Positions 57,410 through 64,000 of a stretch of 64,000 nucleotides of DNA are shown one piece after another. The DNA is from Vicinamibacteria bacterium (GTDB lineage: Bacteria; Acidobacteriota; Vicinamibacteria; Marinacidobacterales; Marinacidobacteraceae). The notes under the pieces were generated by a model. It was not told the origin of the DNA. It was given only the letters and a program-made list of their open reading frames with translations, and did not search any database. A program made the translations under genes and the position numbers. Position 1 is the stretch's first letter. Every line of letters begins with the position of its first letter. The stretch covers positions 320,001-384,000 of the forward strand of contig OY729431.1 of NCBI GenBank assembly GCA_963422395.1, read 5' to 3'.

Positions 57410-58846
57410 ATGGGGCCTTCCGATCCGGGCTCTTCGCCTGCGAAACCTGCGAAACATCGGGAGGAGGGCAGCCGGGGACTCGACATCTATGCCGTCCTCG
57501 CTGGGCTGATCGCCGCTGCGGCACTTGCGACCTGGATCCTTCCGGCGGGGCGCTACGAGCGCACGGTGCTTCCCGACGGGCGGCAAACCGTGGTGCCCGG
57601 GTCCTACCGGGTGGTCGAGTCCTCCCCCGCCGGGTTCTGGGAGGTCGTGACCGCCATTCCCGACGGCCTGGCCGACGCCGCGAGCGTAGTCTTCCTGGTC
57701 TTCCTGGTCGCCGGTTCCGTGGGGGTGATGCGCCGGGCCGGGATCCTCGATCTCGGGGTGGACCGGCTCATCGCGGCGACCGGTCGGCGCGTGGAGCTGC
57801 TGATTCCAGCGCTCATGTTCGCCTTCGCCGCGGTCTCTGGAGTCGTGGGGATGCCCGAGCTCTCCATCGCCTATCTGCCGATCGTGCTGCCGCTCTTGCT
57901 GCGGTTGGGATGCGGAAGGGCGACGGGAACGGCGGTGGCCCTGCTCCCGACGACGCTGGGTGCGGCCTTCGGAGTGACGGTGCCGGCGACGGTCGGGATC
58001 GGTCACCTGCTGGCGGAGCTACCGCTGTTCTCCGGCGCCTCCTACCGATTCCTGTTCTTCCTCATCGTGCAGACGGCGGCGGCGGTCTTCGTGGTCCGGC
58101 GGGCGCGCCGCGAGATCGCCGGTTCGCACCGAACCGGACTGCCCCCCGGCCCGATGCGGGCGCGGGAGGAGGGGGAAGCGGCGGCGCCGGCGGGTTTCAG
58201 CCGCCGGCAGCAGGCGGCGGGCTTCCTCGCGCTCGGATCGTTCTCTGCTCTGGTGGTTTCGGTCCTCACTCTCGGCTTCGGGTTCGCGGAGATCTCCGGG
58301 GCCTTCGTCGCCATGGCGGTCGTCGTTTCGCTGGTGGCCGGCCGCGGGGTGAACCGGATCTGCTCCGACTTCAACGAGTCCTTTCGGGAAATCCTCGTCG
58401 GGGCGCTGGTCTGCGGGGTAGCTCGGGGCGTCTCGGTAGTGATGACCGAGGGGGCGGTCATGGACACGATCGTCCACGGCGCCGCGCTGCTGGTTTCCTC
58501 GCTGCCGCCCGCGCTCACCGCGGTCGGCATCCTCCTGGGGCAGACGCTCTTCAACTTCCTCGTGCCTTCGGGAAGCGGGCAGGCACTCATCACCCTGCCG
58601 ATCCTGGTGCCGGTCGGCGACCTCGCCGGAGTGACCCGGCAGGTCGTGGTGCTCGCCACCCAGTGGGGCGACGGGATCACGAATATCGTCTTCCCGACTT
58701 CCGGCTATTTCATGGCCACCCTGGTGATGGCGCGGGTGGGGCTCGGGGAGTGGCTGCGGTATTACCTTCCGCTCTTCGCCGTCGTCCTCGCCGTTGCGGC
58801 CGCCGGGCTCGCGCTGGCGCAGGCGGTGGCGCTCGGGCCGTTCTGA
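57410..58846 (+). CDS. YfcC/DcuC-like (ion transporter superfamily) membrane transporter
   Basis: TWILPAGRYER, PSGSGQA and GDGITNIVFPT; about 12 TM segments. Confidence 0.85.
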   Translation: MGPSDPGSSPAKPAKHREEGSRGLDIYAVLAGLIAAAALATWILPAGRYERTVLPDGRQTVVPGSYRVVESSPAGFWEVVTAIPDGLADAASVVFLVFLVAGSVGVMRRAGILDLGVDRLIAATGRRVELLIPALMFAFAAVSGVVGMPELSIAYLPIVLPLLLRLGCGRATGTAVALLPTTLGAAFGVTVPATVGIGHLLAELPLFSGASYRFLFFLIVQTAAAVFVVRRARREIAGSHRTGLPPGPMRAREEGEAAAPAGFSRRQQAAGFLALGSFSALVVSVLTLGFGFAEISGAFVAMAVVVSLVAGRGVNRICSDFNESFREILVGALVCGVARGVSVVMTEGAVMDTIVHGAALLVSSLPPALTAVGILLGQTLFNFLVPSGSGQALITLPILVPVGDLAGVTRQVVVLATQWGDGITNIVFPTSGYFMATLVMARVGLGEWLRYYLPLFAVVLAVAAAGLALAQAVALGPF

Positions 58847-58876
58847 GAACGGCACCTCGTCTTACGGAGACCAGAC

Positions 58877-59401
58877 ATGAAAACTCTCAGACTGCCGATC
58901 GAACCGATGACCGCGGAATCCTTCGCCCCCTACGGGGAGCTGATGGAACCGCAGGAGCGTCCCGCCGAGGGGAGGCGCTTCTTCCCGATCGACTTCCGGA
59001 TCCAGGGCCGCCTGACGGTGGATGTCATCTGGCAGCCCCTCGCGGGAAAGCGTTTTCGTCTGCTGGAACGGCATTTCGCGGTAACGCAGGCGTTCGTTCC
59101 CCTCGAGGGAGCGCCGGCGGTGGTGGCGGTAGCGCCGCCGACCGACCCGGACGACCCGGAAGCCGTCCCGAAGCCGGAAGCGGTGCGCGCGTTCCGGATC
59201 GACCCCGGGAAGGGATACGCCTACCGGATCGGCACCTGGCATTCGCTCGACCGCTACCTCCTCGAAGCGCCCGGAGCCAGTTTCTTGATCCTGAATGTGG
59301 ATCCGAATCCGACGCAGGTGGTGGACTACGCCGAGCGCTTCGGCGTCGAGTTCGAGATCGGGCCAGCGCTCAGCCGTCCGGAAGCGGCTTCCGGCGGGTG
59401 A
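58877..59401 (+). CDS. Ureidoglycolate lyase-like protein
   Basis: FAPYGEL, LERH...TQAFVP, GTWH. Confidence 0.8.
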   Translation: MKTLRLPIEPMTAESFAPYGELMEPQERPAEGRRFFPIDFRIQGRLTVDVIWQPLAGKRFRLLERHFAVTQAFVPLEGAPAVVAVAPPTDPDDPEAVPKPEAVRAFRIDPGKGYAYRIGTWHSLDRYLLEAPGASFLILNVDPNPTQVVDYAERFGVEFEIGPALSRPEAASGG

Positions 59402-60077
59402 GCGCGTCGAGTTCGCGCCCGATCTCCTCCCGTTCGGTGCGGAGGCGGGCGGCGTCGAGGGCGCTCTCGAACCGGTTCGGATGGCGCGGCGCCACCGGAA
59501 GGCCGCTCGCGCCGATCGCCGCGAGCGAGGCTTCGATGTCCAGGAGTCGTTCCCGCAGCTCGGCGGCCCGTTCTGCCTGCTCCGTCGGGCCGGCTGCCGG
59601 CGGTTCGGGATCGAAAGTGCTGTCTGCTTCCTCTTCTCCCACTTCGTCTTCCAGGTCCACTTCGCCTCTCCCCGAGTCGTCTTCTCCCGTATCCGCTTCC
59701 CAGCCTGCCCCCTCTTCCGGCGGCCAGAGATCGCGGCTCGGGAGAACGGCTGCCCCGAAGGGGTCCGGGGAGGGCCCCCGAGAGCGGTCCGGGCGATGGA
59801 ATCCGGCGAGGTCGGTATCGGTGAAGAGCGGCGCCGGGCCGCGCTCCCGGCGGCTCGCCGCCACCCGGGCGCGGTTTCGCTGCGCGGCCTCGACGAGGAT
59901 GGTCTGAAGACGGCCTTCTCGTTCTTCGGCCGGTAGCAGGGCCCTTTCCTCGGGGTCCCAGACAGCGGTCTCACCGAGACCGCCGGCAGCGAGAAACGCC
60001 GTGAAGGCGGTGACGGCGAGAACCGCAGGGCGCGGTTCAGCCGATGGCCGGATCGCCGAAACGGTTCCGGAGGACAT
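59370..60077 (-). CDS. Hypothetical protein (signal/TM segment, acidic linker, coiled-coil C-terminus)
   Basis: Fills the gap downstream of the Tat protein; hydrophobic N-terminal segment; start uncertain. Confidence 0.55.
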   Translation of the reverse strand: MSSGTVSAIRPSAEPRPAVLAVTAFTAFLAAGGLGETAVWDPEERALLPAEEREGRLQTILVEAAQRNRARVAASRRERGPAPLFTDTDLAGFHRPDRSRGPSPDPFGAAVLPSRDLWPPEEGAGWEADTGEDDSGRGEVDLEDEVGEEEADSTFDPEPPAAGPTEQAERAAELRERLLDIEASLAAIGASGLPVAPRHPNRFESALDAARLRTEREEIGRELDALTRRKPLPDG

Positions 60078-61275
60078 ACGGTGGCAGCCGGTACTCCTCG
60101 CGGAACATCTGGGTGCGGACGGAGCCTGTGACATGGTGCGCGATGTCCCTCCCGGTGAGCAGATAGACGACGGTGGGGCAAAGGTCGCGCCGCATCACCT
60201 TTTCCGGGAACACCGCGCCGCGGCGGAAGTCGGGGCCGACCCCGAGCGTCCAGACATGGTGGGCGTAGTAGTTCCCCTGCGAATGATGGAGCTGTCCGTA
60301 CACATTGACCTCGTCGTCGCGCCCGCACTCGGGCCGGAGCAGGATCGAAGTCGTGTCGCGGAGGTACGGGTCGTTCTGGATGAAATCGTGGAGGTTGCCG
60401 ATCAGCTCGTCGGTCGCCGCGATGTGCCGCCGGTACTGCTCGTAGTCGGTGTCGTAATCCCAGAACCCGGCGTCGGCGTGGGCATCGTCGAGTGCCAGCA
60501 TCTGGATGGTGATGAGCCGGGGACGGAAGTCCCGGAGCAGGTGTTTCGCGATCTCGAAACACTGACCGTCGCCGAGCGGGACTTCGCGGTCCACGAGCGA
60601 AGTCCGGGTCGAGGCGGGGAGGTCGATGCGCCTCGATACGGCGTCGGCGAGCCAGTCTTCGACTTCGCGGAGCGTCCTCCGGGTGTGGCCGAGGCCGGGT
60701 TCGAGGTTCGCGGCGACGAGCTGTTTCGCCGAGCGCTGCTGGCCGTCGTGGAACAGCTTGTTCATCGTCAGTGAATTCGCGCCGAACTGCAGTCCGCCGT
60801 CGGGATGGACGCTCCAGTGCTTGCGGTCGTACACCCAGGACCGGTAGTAGCTCACTCCCTGCAGCATCCAGTAGTCGTTCGGCGAGCCACCGAGTTCCCG
60901 CCGGACCACTTCGGTCCAGGTGGGGTACCGCGGATGCTCCGAGACGGTCTCCCGGCCGGTGAGCATCTCGGTGTACATGTAGCCGTGGAGGTTCGCGGTC
61001 TCGCCGAAGTCCTCGGTGCAGACGGCGCCGGTCCGCATCATCCGCGCCATCCGAGGGGAGAGCGCCGGATCTTCCACGGTGTCCTTCTTGCGGCAGCCGT
61101 TGCCGTAGAGGATGACCACCAGGTGCCTCGTCTTGAGGCTCCGGTCGGGAACGAGTCCGGCCCGCCCCGGAACGGACGACGGCGAGTCGGCGAGCAGGCG
61201 GCCTGCCCCAACTCCGCCGAAGTGGAGAGCGGCGGCGCCGGCTGCGCCCAGAAAGCGGCGGCGGTTCACGGTCAT
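60037..61275 (-). CDS. Tat-exported alkaline phosphatase-superfamily/DUF1501-like protein
   Basis: NRRRFLG Tat signal; DDAH, ILLRPECGRD and LHH candidate metal motifs. Confidence 0.65.
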   Translation of the reverse strand: MTVNRRRFLGAAGAAALHFGGVGAGRLLADSPSSVPGRAGLVPDRSLKTRHLVVILYGNGCRKKDTVEDPALSPRMARMMRTGAVCTEDFGETANLHGYMYTEMLTGRETVSEHPRYPTWTEVVRRELGGSPNDYWMLQGVSYYRSWVYDRKHWSVHPDGGLQFGANSLTMNKLFHDGQQRSAKQLVAANLEPGLGHTRRTLREVEDWLADAVSRRIDLPASTRTSLVDREVPLGDGQCFEIAKHLLRDFRPRLITIQMLALDDAHADAGFWDYDTDYEQYRRHIAATDELIGNLHDFIQNDPYLRDTTSILLRPECGRDDEVNVYGQLHHSQGNYYAHHVWTLGVGPDFRRGAVFPEKVMRRDLCPTVVYLLTGRDIAHHVTGSVRTQMFREEYRLPPYVLRNRFGDPAIG

Positions 61276-62807
61276 GCCGGGTTCCGCGATGCCGGCCGCT
61301 CCGACGATCCCGGAGCCCCGTCGAGGAACACGACATCGAGCCCCCGGACCTCTTCGTCCCGCACCGGGTTCAGGTTGCGGTAGTTCTGCGCCCGGTCAGA
61401 AAGATTCACCCGCGAAACCCGGTAGCGCCCCCGTTCCCGCCACTTCTCGATCTTCAGTGCTCCGCGAAAGACATTCGGCTGGGGAACGAGCGAAGGGCGA
61501 TGCAGCGGAGGATTCCGGCTTTCGAGCTCGACTCGCACCAGATCGGCTCCGCTCGGGCTCTGGAAGGACACGAAGACCTCGTCCACCCCGCTCAGGTCGT
61601 CGGTAACCAGCGCGGCGACCGGGATGGATTCGCCGGCCGGCGCCTCCCGCAGGGGCAGCTCGAGGGCGAGCAGTACCGGAGCCTCGTCGTCACGCCGTTT
61701 CGGGTCTGCCTCCACCAGGACCTCCACTCCGGCGAGCACCGGCTCGGTGGCGGCGAACAGCAGCGCGGCGTTCCGGGCGGAGTCGTAGAGCTCCACTTTC
61801 AGCACCCTCCAGGCGCCGCCTTCGTACCACTCCGGAATTGAGAATGCTCCGAGGAAGCGCCCCGGCCGGCGGGAGTCCCCGATCAGGTCGGCGCGCACCC
61901 GGCGCACCCCCGACGGGCTCTCGAACACCGCCCGCGCCTGCGTCGGGCCGGCGAGGTCGTCGTCGGCGAACGCCTCCACCCGGATCGTCTCCCCGATGCC
62001 GACCTCGGGGGTCAGCACCTCGATCGAGCGCAGCGTCGGCGGCATGACATCCGCTTCCGGATTGTCCGAGACCACGAAATGGGCGGGGGTGCCGTCTTCG
62101 GCTCGCAGCAACGGGTTGAACTCGGAGGAGTACGCCTTCTTGTGACCGTGCTCGTCGGTGATCATGGTCGAGCCGATGTCGTAGCGGCCGCCGGGGTGGT
62201 GGCGGTCCACCTTGCCGCGGCCCAGGTAGAGCTTCTCGTTCTTCGCGTGCGGCTCGAAGTTCACATAGACCACCGCGGCGCGTCCGTAGTCCCGGCTCCA
62301 GAACTCGGCGACGAAGCGCCGGCCCTTCTCGAACGCCGGTTCGACGCGGGCGATCGCGCGCACCGTTTCGCCGGGATCCACCTGCCGATCGATCACCCGG
62401 AACTCGGTCAGTGCGGTCGAACGGTGCTCCCCGCTCAACTCCGCCTGGGTCCGCTGGGTGCCGCGGCGGCGGTACTGGAAGACCTCGGGAATGTAGTCGT
62501 CGTCGGAGACGCCGAGCTGGCCGGTACCGTCGGCGCTCGCGGGCTCGGTCCCGAGCGTCAGGTCCCCGGGGATCTCGAACGGGTACGCCGCCGCTGCGGA
62601 GGAACCGGGGGACTCGGCTGGCTCGGAGGAACCGGCTGATTCAGGCGGCGGCAGTTCCGGGGGAGGGTGGTCAGGCGGAGGCTGGCCGGACGCCGAGCCG
62701 AGGCCGGCGAAACCGAAAAGCGCCGCCGCCGCCGCCTGTCCGATTCGGTCGGCGGTCGGCCCGGAGAGGAGGCAGCGCGCGACCGATCCCATGAACCCAG
62801 CGAGCAT
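61272..62807 (-). CDS. Exported protein with three tandem beta-sandwich-like repeats
   Basis: Signal plus Pro-rich linker; repeats with GE-x-I/V, DDL-x-G and F-x-SPSG motifs. Confidence 0.7.
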   Translation of the reverse strand: MLAGFMGSVARCLLSGPTADRIGQAAAAALFGFAGLGSASGQPPPDHPPPELPPPESAGSSEPAESPGSSAAAAYPFEIPGDLTLGTEPASADGTGQLGVSDDDYIPEVFQYRRRGTQRTQAELSGEHRSTALTEFRVIDRQVDPGETVRAIARVEPAFEKGRRFVAEFWSRDYGRAAVVYVNFEPHAKNEKLYLGRGKVDRHHPGGRYDIGSTMITDEHGHKKAYSSEFNPLLRAEDGTPAHFVVSDNPEADVMPPTLRSIEVLTPEVGIGETIRVEAFADDDLAGPTQARAVFESPSGVRRVRADLIGDSRRPGRFLGAFSIPEWYEGGAWRVLKVELYDSARNAALLFAATEPVLAGVEVLVEADPKRRDDEAPVLLALELPLREAPAGESIPVAALVTDDLSGVDEVFVSFQSPSGADLVRVELESRNPPLHRPSLVPQPNVFRGALKIEKWRERGRYRVSRVNLSDRAQNYRNLNPVRDEEVRGLDVVFLDGAPGSSERPASRNPA

Positions 62808-62918
62808 CGACCAGCCCGCTTCCAACAGGTCCGCCAATATATCATCCGCCGCCAGTTCGCCGCTCCCGAGCAGACCGCAAGCGGCCGGCGATTTCGAACT
62901 GCGGCCCCCGAATCTCGA

Positions 62919-64000
62919 ATGCCCCTCTTTTCCCAGCGTTTCGGCCAGATGGGAACCGAGAACGCCTTCAAGATCGGGGAGGACATGGCCCGCGCCCGCG
63001 CCCGGGGCGTGCATGTCATCCCCTTCACCATCGGCGAGCCGGATTTCGACAGCGCTCCCCACATCAACGAAGCGGGGATCGCGGCCATCCGCCGAGGCGA
63101 CACCCACTACACCGATCCAGCGGGAGTCGCGCCGCTCCGCGAAGCGCTCGCCGCGCATGTGACCCGGACCCGGGGGATCGAGACGACCGCCGACCGGATC
63201 ATCGTGCTTCCAGGGGCGAAGCCCGCCATCGGCTACACCATGATGGCCTATGTGGATCCCGGCGACGAGGTGATCTACCCGAGCCCCGGGTTCCCGATCT
63301 ACGAATCGTGGGTCACCTATCTGGGCGGAGTGCCGAAACCGCTGGTGCTGCGCGAAGAGCGCGGATTTTCCTTCACCGCCGAGGATCTCGACCGGCTGCT
63401 CAGCGAAAAGACCAAGGTCCTCATGCTCTGCTCGCCCTCGAATCCCACCGGCGGCGTGCTGCCGAAGAGCCTCCTCGCCGAGGTGGCCTCGATGGTCCGG
63501 GAGCGGGCTCGGCCGGACCTCCGCATCTATTCGGATGAGATCTACGAACACATCACCTTCGACGGATTCGAGCACACCTCGATGGCCTCGCTCCCCGGAA
63601 TGGCGGAGCGCACGATCATCGCGAGCGGACATTCCAAGGGGTTCGCGATGACCGGCTGGCGCCTCGGCTGGTGCGTGCTGCCGACCACCGAGGAAGCGCT
63701 CCGTTTCAAGCAGATCAACATCAACACGGTGAGCTGCGTTCCGCCCTTCATCCAGGAGGCGGCGCGGGAAGCGCTGGAGAGCCCGAAAACGGCAGGAGTC
63801 GTCGCCAGCATGGTCGAGGAATTCCGCCGGCGGCGGGACTATGTGGTGCCCGCACTCGACGCCATCCCCGGGATCCGCTGCGCGAACCCGCTCGGGGCCT
63901 TCTACGTGTTTCCGAATGTCTCCGGTGCCTGCGAGTCGGTGGGCGCCGCCGCCGCCTTCGAGGCGATGTCCGCGGCGCAGCGGGCGAAAACCAGCCCTGC
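62919..64000 (+). CDS. Class I/II PLP-dependent aminotransferase (partial, runs off edge)
   Basis: Manual translation MPLFSQRFGQMGTENAFKI..., IGEPDF, SPSNPTG, SDEIYE, SKGFAMTGWRLG. Confidence 0.92.
   Translation, partial: MPLFSQRFGQMGTENAFKIGEDMARARARGVHVIPFTIGEPDFDSAPHINEAGIAAIRRGDTHYTDPAGVAPLREALAAHVTRTRGIETTADRIIVLPGAKPAIGYTMMAYVDPGDEVIYPSPGFPIYESWVTYLGGVPKPLVLREERGFSFTAEDLDRLLSEKTKVLMLCSPSNPTGGVLPKSLLAEVASMVRERARPDLRIYSDEIYEHITFDGFEHTSMASLPGMAERTIIASGHSKGFAMTGWRLGWCVLPTTEEALRFKQININTVSCVPPFIQEAAREALESPKTAGVVASMVEEFRRRRDYVVPALDAIPGIRCANPLGAFYVFPNVSGACESVGAAAAFEAMSAAQRAKTSP

Noticed and set aside
1-64000. CRISPR array, prophage or integrase
   Set aside because: No regularly spaced repeats, and no cas, phage structural or recombinase genes seen.

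Overview
High-GC (about 70% by eye) bacterial chromosomal segment, probably Acidobacteriota. This is inferred from the GWxTD protein, the Oar-like TonB receptor, CRTAC1/ASPIC-UnbV, the STAS protein and multiple MacB permeases. It holds about 55 genes: housekeeping (rpsU, purD, purE, selA, thiS, thiG, nth, dapF, a fused selD, rpiA, polA, ogt, cyclophilin), an osmoprotectant ABC transporter, PQQ dehydrogenases, peptidases, CoA-transferases and glycosyltransferases. No rRNA, tRNA, CRISPR array or intact transposase was seen. Most notable: (1) an uncharacterised envelope module at 46.3-57.0 kb, with two MacB-type permeases sharing an unusual periplasmic insertion, one ATPase, no MacA, a His/Met-rich lipoprotein, a DUF885-like metalloprotein, an M20 lipoprotein peptidase and a compositionally mosaic TonB receptor; (2) a 1.7-kb mosaic duplicate of the M20 gene with a frameshift; (3) strong avoidance of ACGT, visible in codon pairs; (4) several conserved genes with no ATG/GTG/TTG start; (5) a MITE-like repeat family; (6) scattered defence-type genes and remnants (MAD3/MAD4-like, DUF4276-like, ImmA/IrrE, AlbA_2); (7) an unknown Tat-exported operon at 59.4-62.8 kb. 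Family assignments come from motif recognition, not database searches.
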